Source: Raillietiella orientalis (Eukaryota). Taken from it: a stretch of DNA of 64,000 nucleotides. Numbering within the stretch: position 1 is the first letter of the stretch; every line of letters starts with the position of its first letter. The DNA lies in assembly GCA_036172245.1 (NCBI GenBank), contig JAYWIR010000012.1:2728001-2792000 (forward strand), read 5' to 3'. The position numbers were made by a program, and so were the translations under genes. Shown in pieces: positions 38,231-50,849 of this stretch. The notes beneath the pieces were generated by a model, which did no database searches, was not told the origin of the DNA, and worked only from the letters and a program-made list of their open reading frames with translations.

Positions 38231-39299
38231 AGCGGCGCCGCGAAAGGGTGCGCCGTCGACCCAAAGCTGAGCGCCTTCGTGCCGACGAGGGTGTCGGATT
38301 GCTCGCTGTCGCAACCTTGTCCTCCACCCTCCCGAGACGACCCGGCCGGAGCACCTCAGACTCTTCGGGACACTCGCCACCGGATGCGCGGTTTGCCCTG
38401 CGGCGGCAGGGACGCGGAAAATGGCGAGAGGGTGAGCTTGAGGAGGGTCTGACTGCCGGAGGGTGAGCGAAACAAGTTCGGCCTGTGCAGTCCGCAGGAG
38501 TTTTCTTGGCAAACTGCATGCGCGAGAAGTTCGGAGAGCCGCAAGGAACCTGGTCAAGCGGTAGGCGACTGCGCGAGAGGAACCCTTCCGAAGCTTCACG
38601 AGCCAGTCCCTTGAAAGAGGAAAAGGAGTTGCTGAGGAATCACCCACTCGACCCGCCCAGAATCGAATCTTTCCATTACGGCTCCTGGGGAAAGAGGGCA
38701 CGTCGGCAGCCTCGATACTGCCTGCCGCTCGTCCCAGAGTCCACCAGTTCCTCCGAAAAGAAATAAAAGGGGGATGCCAGCTCGAAGAGGGGACGCCTGA
38801 TGCTGGAGCGCTAGGAGCTGCAGAAGACCGTCGAGTGTCGAGCGCTCCAGGAAGCCCCTGGATACGGAAGGAAACGGAAGAGGAATAGGCGAGCGTGTGG
38901 CGCGGCAGCGTCGCAGATTCAAGACAGCACGACTTTTCCATCTGCTGCTGCAGGCGGTGGCGTCAAATTTTGGTGTTCAGTGTTGAACGAAAGCGACTCT
39001 TCAGCAAAATAAGATCAGGGAGGAAGTGGGGAAGAGGGAGGAGCAGAGTGCAAAGATGCTTTCCCGTCCCCCCTCGTCCTAGCCCTCCTGGAAATTCGTC
39101 TGCCTCTTTCTTCCTCGAGGACATGTTCGGTCATTATTTTCCCTGATATCTCCCTTCGTTAGCGCCTCGCCTTTCCCTTCCCGGAATTACGGCGAAGACC
39201 ACAAGAGGGGAGAGAGATCCGTCCTCCAACTCTCCTACCATCGGCCTACTCGAGAAAGAGCCGCGTGGGGCTTTCCCATCCTCCGGAAGTCTGTAGGTC

Positions 39300-40000
39300 A
39301 TCTCCTCCCCACGGGTCACCTCCTTGCTCTCTCGCCCAATTCCAGAGGGGAAGATAAGACTCGGCTCCTTATGCCCTTCCTTCGACCCGCAGAGCCCCCA
39401 CCCGTCTCCTGCTTGAACTTCTCCAAGAGGCGCACTCTGCAGGAGCACTGGGGCTTCCACATTCTCTCCTTCCCTTCCGATGCTCCCCTCCTGGAAAGAG
39501 GCGAGGATTCCTTCATCTTTCCCTTCCCTCAAAGCTCTTCTCCTTTTCTTTCGTAGCCCTTAGACCGGTGTGGGAACCGGATCTTCCAGGAAAAAGCGCC
39601 TCGTTCCTCTCCTCTTGGCGAGGGAAGGAAAAAGACCCGGCCGCCTGGAGACCTCACGGAGGACCGGGAAAACTCTGGCTTCAGGGATGTCAGCAGCGAA
39701 GTGCTTCGCGACAGATGGGAAGAGGCGCAGGAGCGTGATGAGTCCGTCCTTGGTCCTCCAGATGGAACACCCGGCGAACAGATCGTGAGCACCGGTCGAT
39801 GATGTAAGAGATCTCCTCCGCGAGATATTGTCTAGAGGATAGTACATGGCCAGGTGGTAGGCAGGTACCCTCCCCCAAGACAAGCAGCCTTTCCGGATTC
39901 AGCAGCGGGAATCCTCAATCCCGTTCTTGATGGAGAACCACCTTTGCTTGACCCCGCGACCTCAGGTGCACGGGGGGGGAAGCGAGATGACCTCCCACCA
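39300..40000 (-). mobile_element. Decayed Tx1-like ORF1 remnant
   Basis: YLAEEISYIIDRCSRSVRRVFHLEDQG (ORF 39690..39878) and WGLCGSKEGHK (ORF 39134..39532, knuckle-like). Confidence 0.4.
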
Positions 40001-41949
40001 TTGCGGGTCCATGGAGATGCATTCAAGGTCACCCGGCTGTTTGGCACCAGTTTGCGAGAGGGCGACCTCCCTCCGAGTTCCGACTCCTGTCCCCAGAGCG
40101 GAGCCTGGCCCATTCGGAAAAAGAAAAACGAGGGAGCAACCTGCCTCCAGCATTCATGAAGGACGCTGACAGACGCTGGCGCTCTCGACCTCTCATCCAA
40201 CCGCGAGACCCTGGCGATGCAGCCACTTCTGTCGTGGGCATCTCGGGGTCTCCTGAGAGTTTTGAGGCGCGCTGTCCGTGCAGCCCTCCTCCCTTTATCG
40301 TGAGGTGGGCCGGAAAGGGGGGGGGGGAAGGAATCATCCATTTCCCGGAATTCGTCCCCGCTTGGCTCTTCTCCTGGTGGGGAGCCTGCTGGATGAAACG
40401 TCTGACGGAGTGCAACGTCTCGAAGAAGGAGCAGAAGAGGAAAAACTGGGAGCATTCTCACGTGGGTGTCCCGAAAAAGCGCGTCGGGAGGAGATGAATA
40501 GGGAAAATCCTGCTTCTCTGCCCTCCGAGCGGAAGGGGCCGCATCTCTTTCGGACGTCTCGTCTCCTTGAGCTCTCTGTGACCATCGTCTTTCTGGAGAA
40601 CGAGGATTAATCCCATCCTTTACAGCCTCCTGCTGTGCCGCTCTCGGCGTCCCTTCCGGAAGGATGAGAGCACATCGCTGCTCCATCAGTCTTCAAACGA
40701 AGGGAGGACCACCTCAGTGGACGACTTACTTCCGCAGTCCCAGCCGAAGGCTGGACGAAGGTCACGGGGCGCTTTGCCATCGACTCCGCGTCTCCATAGT
40801 TACCCGAGAGGGAAGCCCTTCCCTCCTGGACCTCCCGGTAATCCTTGCCCTCCCTCTCCTTCTGTTGAATCTTCCTCCGCACCCGCCACTGCCTCTCAGT
40901 TCCCGGCGGGGACGAATTCCTATCGATGAAGAAAAAACCCCGGGACTTTGCTCGAGGCGTCCCGTAGAATGCGACCTGTCCCGAAATGAACTCCCTCCTC
41001 CTCCTCCACTTCCCCCCTCCTTTTTCCCCTCTCACGCGGGAGGGAGCCGTCGCGGTCGAGTAGTGATTGACAGGAGCGGCGGCGGGAACCGCCACCGATG
41101 CGCGTCGGCCGAGCCGGCGCGCGCCCGCGGGCAGGGAAGACGCGCCTGCCTCCCGCCGTTCCAGCCGACCGGGAATCGCGCGCGGCAGTGAGCGGTAGGG
41201 GGATCGATCGCCTCCGGCGGCAGTGACTCCCCAGGGCTGACGCTCCCCCCTCGAGCGAGCGCGTCGAGATGAAAGGAAGCCGCGAGACGCACGAGGGGAA
41301 GACGGGAGGGGGAGGAGGGGAGGAGCATCCGCGAGATCGTCAGACGTGAGGGAGGCGCGGCCCGCCGTTCCAGGGGACCGCCGCGCAAGTCTCCCCTTCG
41401 GGGGGAAGGAGGTGGAGGGAGCGGTTCCTTTGCCCTCCTCGCTCCCCTTCTCCGGCTCCGCCTTTCCCTTTGCGGCGGCGCCAAACACCAGAAAGCAGGC
41501 GAGACGTCCCCCGAACCGGAAGTCCCGGAGCCCTCCAGGATCGACCCTCGGCCCAGACCGCTCTCTGGAGATGGAGGGGAAGGGAGGAGGAAGGGCATCC
41601 AGTCTCTGCCCTTCTCTTCCTCCTTTGCTTCTGCTTGCATTTCCCTGGCTCTTCGGCGCGGCCATGGCCCCCGAGTCTCTCCCATCCGACCGGACATCTC
41701 CCTCGAGCTCCACCCTGTCCCTCCTCTACCCACGACAAGGCCCACCCCGCCGGGAGACGGGGGAGGGAAGGATTGCTTCTCTGGCGCGCTTTTCTCCTCC
41801 CCAGGAGGAAGCTGCAGGAAGGGGACCGGCTCGTTTCCACGGAACCGGTGGCAGCGCCTGGAGTAGGATGGGGGGATGGGGATAAAGGGAGTCTGTTCTC
41901 CGGAAGTGGCAGCTCTCAAGGGTGGGGGAAGTCTACCCTGATGCGTGGG

Positions 41950-42250
41950 AGGGAGGGAGATGCTGCTAATGGATCGCAGTGCCTCCTCTCCCCCCTTGTT
42001 CCCGGCTTCCTGCTTTCGGAACGCAGCATCCAGGGACGAAGGGAGGGATGGGGTGAGGGGAAAAGTCGGGAAGCTTGCGGAAGTGCCTCGGAGGAGCGAC
42101 TCCTTCCGCAAAGGACGAAGATGCCCATCGGGAAATGGGGAAGGGTCTTTCTCCAGGAGCAACCGTCGCGAGAAGATCCCAGGAAGGAGAAGTGCGTTGG
42201 GAAAGACAGGAGGGTGGCGAGGGCGAGACGTGAAAGTGGCTCAGGGAGGT
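41950..42250 (+). mobile_element. Decayed Tx1-like ORF1 remnant
   Basis: LSPLVPGFLL...IGKWGRVFLQEQP..KC within ORF 41470..42615, resembling ORF1 P.vpd..l and g.vfY.GQP..C. Confidence 0.35.
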
Positions 42251-45200
42251 CGCTCGAGAGGAGAATGAAGGGGAAAGCACGCGGGACTCTGGGTCCCACC
42301 GGAGCTCTGGAGGACACCTCAGAAAGCCGGGGTAATCCTGTCACCTCCCATTCTCCTCTGGAAGGGGGGAGAGGGACAGGGACCGTTCTACCTCCAGGAC
42401 GGTGGGAAGGAGGGCAAAGAGTCTCCCCTTCCCCCTTCCCACGTACCGCAGGGTTGGCGCATGTGCCCTCTGGAGGGAAAGAGAGACAAGCAGATCAGGA
42501 AAGGGAGTGGAGGAATGGGGAGAGGAAGGTGGGAAGAGAATGGGGGGAGGGAGAGGGGGAGGAAAAGGGAGAACAAGGTAGAGCATCCTTCAGCAGCAGC
42601 AGCAGTCGGCCTTGATCTCCCCTCATCCCTCCCTATTTCCGCTGCTGACACGGAGGAAATAGGGGGGTCTTTTCTCGCGCACGCGCTCTGTTGCACGGGG
42701 AAGTCTAAGAGAGCAGCCTCTTTCCAAGTTCTCATAGTGGCGCGATGCAAACCTCTCGGGGGTGGCAGCAGCGCACAGTCTCGCTCGCTCTCGTGCTGCG
42801 TGCGTGCGTGCGCGTTTCCCTCCGATCCCCCCCCCCCCTCTCCTTCTCTGTTGCTTCCCTTCCCTCCCTCCCCCTCCTTTCCTTTTTGCCCGCCGAACGG
42901 GGTGGCTCGAGGAGCCGCGGATGGCGACGACGCTCGAGCGTTCGTGGCCGCGAGGCACCGCCGCCGCCCCTGCCTGAAAGGGGATCCCCGCTGCTCGAGT
43001 CGGGTGCGGCCCTTTGACACACGAGGCGATCCGCCGCCGCTCGGGCGCCCCGAGGATGAGCCGGGGGAGGAGAGAAGGGAGGAGGCGTCCCGCTGGGGAC
43101 GAATGGAGGGGGCAATGTAGAGGGGGGGGGGAGTAGAGAAGGAGAGGAGAGAAAGGGAGAAAGGGGCTCCCCACGTTCCCCCCTGCTGGGGAATTCCCGG
43201 ACTCCGAAGCTAAGCAAAAAAAGCAGGAAGACTTCCCGACGGAGAACCTGCAAGCATACCGGCCCCGGGGTCTCCCTCCAGCTAACAGGGAGAAGTTTTG
43301 AGAAGTCCTTGGGGAGCTCAGGGTTTGTCGCTCCGATCCCCTTCCCAGGTTTTCGCGTTCCCGCACATCCCGAGGGAATAACTCGCCGTGCGAACCAGGT
43401 TCGTCCCGAAAAGTTTCTCGGTGGAGCCTCCTTCTTTCTGTTACCCCTTCCCCTCGCCTGCGGCCTTCCCCCACGAGGGACTAACGTTCCTGGAATCCCA
43501 CGCGTGGAACCGACCTGGAGGAGGCTGTAGGAAGGGAATCGGCTGGAGAAAGCGTTTCCACGGCAACGGGGTGCATCCTTTCGCCCGCTGGAACTCCCCT
43601 TCGAGAGCATTCCCGGAAAAGCATCCCGCATGCTCCACAATCCCAGGGCGAGGGGGAAGGGGCAGGAGGCATGTTTCCGGTTCGGGCGCCTCCTCCCTGA
43701 GTGGGAGGGACGGGAAGAGCATGGGGACACCCACGAAAGGGGAGGAGAAGATAGGGAGGTCCTGGGGAAGGAAGTGAGAGGAAAGGACTCCTCCTCTTCC
43801 AGGAGTGGCCAGAAAAGGCGCGTTCCTCCCCCTCCGGGGGCCGCCGTGGCGCCACCATCGAAAGCGGGAGCCTCCGCCCGAGGCGGTTTGCGCTCTCCGC
43901 CCTTGTCCCTCTCATCGATCCGGGCGAGCGGACGAAGGAGGCGCCGCCGCAAGAGAGACCGCAGCGGACCGCAAGGGCGCCGTCCGTTCCAGCCCGCCGC
44001 TCAGACGACGCCCCGGGGAGGGAGAGCCGCCTGTGGAAAGAAGGGGACGGAAGCCGACGGGCGCCTCCGGCGATCGCGTCGCGGGCGGCGGTGGGTTCGT
44101 CCGCCCTGCCCTTCTCAATTGGGAGCTTTCCGGCGACGTGCACGCGAACGAAACGACACAGAGGGGTCATAGGGAAGAGGGGAGCAGATCAGGAGGGCAT
44201 GTAGAGTCTTTTTTCCCCCACCTCACCCCAAACTCATCATCCTTGTCGGTGAAGCGGGAAGCGGAAGGAAGTCCTTCCTTGCCTGAGCGCATCCGTGGCA
44301 ACAGCGCGAACCTGCGAGCGCCTCTGAGGAGAGAAGGAAGGAGGAGGAAGGGTCCTATCCGGGCAGGTGTGCCGAACCAGCCCACGGTGACGTCGGAAAA
44401 GGGTGGCTCAGGAGCAGGAGGGACATGGTGACCTTCCGGCAACTGTGGACGCTGACCACCACGGCAGCCGTCCTGAGCACGACGGAATCCCCTCCTCCTC
44501 CCGCTGCAAGGGTCGGTTTAGTGAGCTCACAGGGCTCCTCCTTGGGAATTCCTGCCCCTGTCCATCCTTGAAAGAACTTCAGGAGAGCGAGGAAGTGCCC
44601 TTCACGGGTACAGGGGAGGAAGGCGGGGAGAGAAGAATGCCCGTTCCCGCCGTCTACCCGGATCCGGGAAGCTCCAAATCTAGGCCTGCCGGAATTCCAA
44701 GCTCTCTTTCTTTCTTTTTCCTGGCAAAACTTCGGTCGTCACGCCGCAGGGCAGAGCTGTTGTTTCGTGGGACAGGAAGTAGGGAGGGAGATGGTCAAGA
44801 GCCGTTCCTGGAAGCTGAACTTCGGAAGATCTCCAGGAGCATCTCTTCGCCTTCACCAAAATGGAAGAGGTGGAGGTCGCATCGTGCGGACGGCCAACTC
44901 TCCCTGCGTGTCTGCAGCGGCGCGCGCGCAGGTGATGTCACCTCCAGAAAGGGCGCGCGGGAAAAGAGAAAAGACTTCCTGGAGGGCCCCCGGAGCCGAT
45001 TCCTCTAGGGGAAGGGGGGCGGACCAACAGCGTCCTCTTGTGGCAGATACGGAGGTGCTATCGTCCCGAGAGGGAAAAAAAGTGGTAGAGGAGGGGGATA
45101 AGAGGTGGTGGTTTGAGCCACGCCAGCGAGTTCTTTTCTGCAGCCTCTTCTCGTCTTCCTTTCGTCCTCCCCTTTTTTCCAGAAGTAGCAGGGAACTCTC

Positions 45201-46199
45201 GGATAATAGGAGAAACTTTCCCCCTTTTCCCTCGCCATCCTATCCTCCCGCCTCCCTTCCCTCCAAGGATGGATTTCAGGAGGCCACCTCTCCGGAGTCG
45301 CTCACTTCTTCCGTCCTCTTCTCCTTTCTTCAGTCGCTGCTTCCATCTTCCAGCCGAGTGCGCGCGCTGTCCCACCCTGCAGGAGGTCTTTCGAAAACGT
45401 GAAGTTTCCGCGGAGGCGAAGCCACAGCACCTCCCTTCCCTATTCTTGCCCCTTGCGATCTCCCCCTTTCTGACCCTCTCTTCCTCTCCTCTTCATATCC
45501 CCGCAGGCGAGCGCCAAACCGGCGCAGCACGAGCCAGGGACCTCCCTCTCGCCCGCGGCCCTCGCAGACGAGGAGGAGCTCTTACAGTGCTTCGCGCATG
45601 AGCGAGCACCCACTCGCTCGTTCGCTTTGCAAGGAGGCATCCTCCTCCCTGCTGATCCCCTGCGGCCCACCATCTGAACTATGAGGCCCCTCTCGCAACC
45701 GGTGTCACTGCTGGACGGGAGTACGGTTCTCGATGGGGGGGAAGAGGAGGTGAGAAGGATGGTGGAAAGGATGAGGACGCAACAGAAAGGAAAGTTGTCA
45801 TAGAGATGCAGGCAGCAGCAGCAGTCTCCCCTCCAGTTACGGAAGAGGGAAAGCACTTGTCTCCATCTCCCACCATTTAAAACGTTTGTCTGCCCCTTCA
45901 CCGCGCTGTTGCCTTCGGTTCGCCACGCTTGGTGTGAAAAGCTCCTCCTTTCCTCCCTCCTCTCCACCTCCTCCTTTTCTTCTACCCCTCTCCTCCTCCC
46001 TACTGCGTCCGATCCCTTCTCATACCGTCCGACAGCTCCACACGCCCTAGTTCTTACCTCTGAGAAGATGAAAACCGAAAGGAGACCAACTTTGCGTCTC
46101 TGATGAGTCTGCGTCTCCCCTTCCTGATCAGCTTCTAGAGGGAGCCGCCCTCCCCCTTCCCACACCCCGGTTCCTAAGCCGCCGTGCTCGACTGCTGTC

Positions 46200-46640
46200 G
46201 GCGCTTGACAAGTTCCCCCCACACACACACCGGCTGGTGCTCATCGGCTACCCCCCCTCCCCGCAGGCGCATGGTGGTGTGTGTAGGCGGGTGTAGGGAT
46301 GGCTCCAGCATCCACGGCGCCCTATTCCCGTGGGAGATGCGTCGGCAGCCAGGAACGGAACGTGAGGGCGTCGCGCAGTGAAAGACGCTTTCAAACGTCT
46401 CTGGGGTTGCCGCAGGAGGTTCCAAGGATCGCGGCAAAGCACCCTCAAAGGGGCCAGAGGGCAACACAGTTCACGAGGAGGTGCGGGAGGGATTCCCGCT
46501 CACCGCACCTGCCATAGTTTGGATCCACCCCCACCTCCTGTGTCCAATGATGCCAGCGGGCGTTGTACGCGAGTCCCCAGTGCAGCAGCATCAACGCTGA
46601 CTCCTGCCACTTCAAAGGGAGGGTGTGGGTGTCTATGAGC
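46200..46640 (-). mobile_element. LINE 3' fragment (zf-RVT), closely related to 35870-36100
   Basis: LLHWGLAYNARWHHWTQE...PNYGRCGERESLPHLLVNCVALWPL (ORF 46445..46642). Confidence 0.85.
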
Positions 46641-47014
46641 ACCGGGGGTCACTTCAGGTCTTCCTCTGGAATACTCAGTAGCACGCTCCAGTGCAAAAGT
46701 TCATGGGGTAGAGCAATCGGGGTCGCAGCGTCGGTGAGCTGGCCCGTCGTCCACTCGCCCAGCCCTTTCCTCCTTCAGGAGATTTCCACAGTAACCCCCC
46801 ATCTAGTCGTAAGGCTGCTGCCCGTGTGTTCCCTAAGGGAGGGCAGCGCGGCGGCGAGGGAAGTTCTGCTTGTCTACGCACTCTTCCATGGATCCTCCAG
46901 GATCTCCCGGAGCGGGCAGTTGTTACGAGCGTACTGGAAACGTGGCACCTGTTCTGCGCTTGGCTCCTGGATCCTCGCCCACGTGCGAACGGTTTCCTGC
47001 AACCAGGCACTACA

Positions 47015-47646
47015 GTTTGCGGGTGCGGCACTGATGAAAGCCAGAAACTGGATGCTCCCGTTAATCGGCCAGGATTGGAAGCTGGCCCTTCTGGGTCCTT
47101 CCAGGAATCAAAGAGCTGGTTCACTTCAGGGTTTCCCTACGGTTGTGGAAATGGACCCATCCTCCTCACCTTCAGGAATACCCTCTATCTCGTACCATGG
47201 AGCTGGTGGATCGATACCTCTCCAGAGTGTGAATGAGTGCACTGTTCCCTTTGGGGAGAGCCCATGAGAGGAAATTTGGAAGCGTTTTTTCGGGGTTCTC
47301 TTCAGAGGAGGAAAACAGGAGCGGTTCCCATGCGGGTCCCCTCTGGAAAAGAAATTCCCGGAGAGGAATTCCTTTCCTGGTTCCCTTCGAAGAAACGAGA
47401 AGCGACCCCTACGGTGGTCCACCCGCAGAGAACAAGGAAAAGTCCTCCAAAGCGTAAGAGGAACGGACTCTTTCCTCCGGAGCCTTCCTTGACCCTTTTC
47501 CTCCGGGGTCCCTCTGGGATTGTTCCCTAGCTTGAAGAGTCGACAGGCACCCTCGGGTGGCGTGGATAGTGTTTAAGAGCCCTATGATTCTCTCCTTCTG
47601 AGGAGGCGGACGGTTCTTCAGCACTCAGTAAACCAAGAAAAAAAGG
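47015..47646 (+). mobile_element. SINE-like element, copy E (no recognisable head; A-rich tail)
   Basis: Shared blocks gaaactggatgctcccg, ccaggaatcaa, taccatggagctgg, ccaaagcgtaagaggaacgga and caccctcgggtggcgtgga; ends aaccaagaaaaaaa. Confidence 0.8.
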
Positions 47647-50600
47647 AAGAAAACCCTGACGCGATGGTGCCCCACGACCCGCATCCTGTTGCTCATGACC
47701 TGAACCCTTACCGACCTCCCATTCCGTCATTCCATGTGTGCCGCCGCAAGTTCGGCGCGCGCTGCGTAACAGCCTCCTCGTCAGTCTTTTGCGCCTTGCG
47801 TCACGGATCTCGGACAGCGATCTGGCAGGTCATCTTCCACGGAAAGTCACGCGAAGGACCGGACGACTTCCAAGGGTCTGACCTGCCGCGCGCCTGCTCA
47901 CCCGGAGGCCGTGGTCTCTCTCTCTGTCCGGTGGGACCCCCTCAGGGACGCGGCAGTTCTCCAAGGGACGGAACTTGGCACATGCGGCGGATCATCCCCC
48001 GAGAGAAATCCCCGGAGGTGGCGCCTCGGGGAGTGCCTGCAGCGCTGGAAGATGCGGACGCCTACCACAGAGAAGTTGAGGCGAACTGCTCGCGCTTCAG
48101 GCCTTCCCGGAAGTCTCCCTCAGCAGAAAGGGGGACTTCTTCTGAACCACCCTTTTCCATGAAGAGGATTCCCCACCCTCTTCCTTTTGCGTCGGCCCGG
48201 AAATGTTTGCTTTGCGCACCCTAGTCGCGGTAGTCTCTCTGGTGAGACCGGGCTCGATGCGTTCTCCGACCCACGCCTTGCTGACCACAGCCGGAATTAA
48301 GCACTTCGTGGCCGCAGCCACAGGCGCGCGCTCCCCGCCGCAGGCGCCATCCTTCAGTGCGGACCGGTGAAAAGCATCTACGAAGACCCTAACGAGTGGA
48401 AAGGAGGAAGGAATCCAGGAGTGTGGGCGGGTGGCTGCGTGGATTGCGACGGATGGTCTGGCCGCCTCTCCCTGATGGAGTCCCGTTCAAACTTCTTCGC
48501 CCGCGCCCGCCGTCTCTTCAGAACGCCCCGTGGCTTCTTCGGAGAATCGAAGTGACACTCGTGAAAGACGCGGCGCCCTCCTTATCGAAGGTCAAAGACT
48601 CGGGGAAGCGCTAGCGGGAATGGATCCCACCCCAGAACCGCAACCTCCAGGCAACAGCATGGCTCCCGGTTCCAGGACTTTGCAAAAGTCGGTTGTAAAG
48701 GTCCCCCTTCCTCAGCTTCCCGAGAGGGGGTTCCAGGGGGTCTCGAGGAGATGCCGTCATGCTCATGCTTCCCCGCACCTCGAAACCATCTGCGAGTCAC
48801 CCCTTCTTCGCGATCCATCCCGGCCCGAGACGACGTTCATCCTGTCCCTTTCCGTTGGACATGCGGGTGGCCAGCTGCCTGTCTCCAGTTCCGCGACTCT
48901 GTTGGAGTCAGGAAGGGAAGGAACGTCCCTTCTTCACTGTTCAGGAGCCCTGGGAGCAGCAATCCCCTCTGGTGGTGCCAGGAGAAGAGTTTTCCTGGAG
49001 TCTCTCTTCTTTCCCAGACCAACTCTTTCCTCTTTCCTGTCCCCTTTCCACTTCCCTCCCGCTGGCTCACTTCTCTGGGAGCCGCCCGCCTAGGAGCTCC
49101 AGCGGGCTCGAGAGGGTTTCGGAACAGAGAGGTGCCGCTGGATTTCATTCAGAGGAGCTGGAAAGGGCACGTCCAGAAACGCGTTCTCTCCTCCCCTCCC
49201 CGTCGAACGGGTTAGGAAGAAAAAGGAAGGAAAAGCCCGCGATCAGGGAAAAGGAGCTCCCGGGCCCTGATCGAGGCGCGAAGCGCTCGAGGCCACGGGA
49301 TGGCCTAAAGGAGCGGAGCGGAGGAAAAAGGGGGAGTAGGGGGCAGAGAGGAGCGGGACGGCTCCCTGCAACAGAGCTCTCATCTGTCCCTCGCGCACCA
49401 TTTTCCTTTTTTTCCTCGCTTCGGGCACCGAAGGAAGACCTCCGCGTCACACGAACAGTCCAGAAACGAGGCGCGTGAGGGGGAGGAAGAATTCGGTCGG
49501 ATGCTTCCCGTAGGTTACTCGGCGGACTCAGTAGGGGGGGGGAGCTGGAGCATCCCAGGAGAATGCTTCTGACCGCGTCGCCCCTCTCAATCCGTCTTCC
49601 TTCCCGAGCCTTTTCCGGATCCTTCCCGGCAAACTCCAACAGGAAGAGAGGCGAAGGGGGAGAGAGGAGGACTCTTCCAGGAAGAACGGCAGGCGCACGA
49701 GCTCAACGCCCATCGAAAGCCGTAGAGAAGCGAAGCTCCCGAGAAGGGGGCTTGAGGAGCGGAAGGTCCTGCACGCTCGTGGAAGAAGAGGGAGGAAGGG
49801 GAAGATGTCTCCTGAGTCCAGAAGCGCCTGGTGCTTCCCAACCACCCTGCCCACCACCCCCTTCCCCCACCCTCTTCCTGGCTTCCCCCGGAGCGCGTAT
49901 TTCCTCTAGAGTTTGCCTGCTTCCTGAAGAAAGGAGCTCAGGAAGCGGTTGCCAGGGTCACAAATTCTTCCCTGAAGAGGGGGCTCGATGTTGTCTTTGA
50001 AGATCTCAACAGGGAAGATAGACAAAAGGCGTTTGGCGAGAGCGGAAAGGGGAAGTGGGGTAGGATGAGATTTCCTGTTGGTAACAGAGGAAGAGGGGCA
50101 GAAAGAGGATGGTGATAGGGGGAGGAGGTAGGGAGCGATCCGCACGAGCAGTCGGATGGGGTCTTCAACTCGCTTGAAGGCAGATGACTACATGCTCCTG
50201 CTTCGGACTCCTTGATGGCTCCCAAGCGAGGAAACTGGAGGGAGGGAGAAGGAAGGCAGCCCTGGGCATTGTTCTCCTCTAGCGCCCTCCTGGTCCTCTC
50301 CTCCGGAAGGGCAGTCCTGGAGAGCCACCGAAGCGCTTTCGCTCGTGCGACGCGGACGCTAGGTCCGCTGACTGGCAGAAGTGGGTTCGGGAGAGGGAAA
50401 GAGGGCGGGGTGGACTCCGAAAGAAGGAGCAGACTGGGGAAGGAGGTGGGCCGAAGGAACGCGAAGGACTTTGCCGTCTGGGAAATTCGCGCTCTACCTT
50501 CAGGATTAGGTCCAGCTCACAGTCTCAGCAGCAGCTTCCTCTGGAGTGACTGCCCCATTCCCAGTCCCTCCCCCCGTCAGGGAGTGCTAGTTCGCCCTCT

Positions 50601-50849
50601 TCCTGGCGGGAAAGGCACTTTCTGTCTTTCCAATTTCTGCTACCACCCTAAGACACATCCTGCAATCACCATGAGCACGTGGACGCCTTCGGAAGGGAAC
50701 CTACGAAGTCCCTCTTCCCCTCTCGTCCTTTCCCAACCCTCTTTCTGTAGTCGAATCCTGGCTGCAGAAGGAGCAGACGCTACTCCTCTTTCCAGGGAGG
50801 GCCCTAACGCAGCTCCTCATCATACCTGCCAATCATCCTTTCCCCTTTT

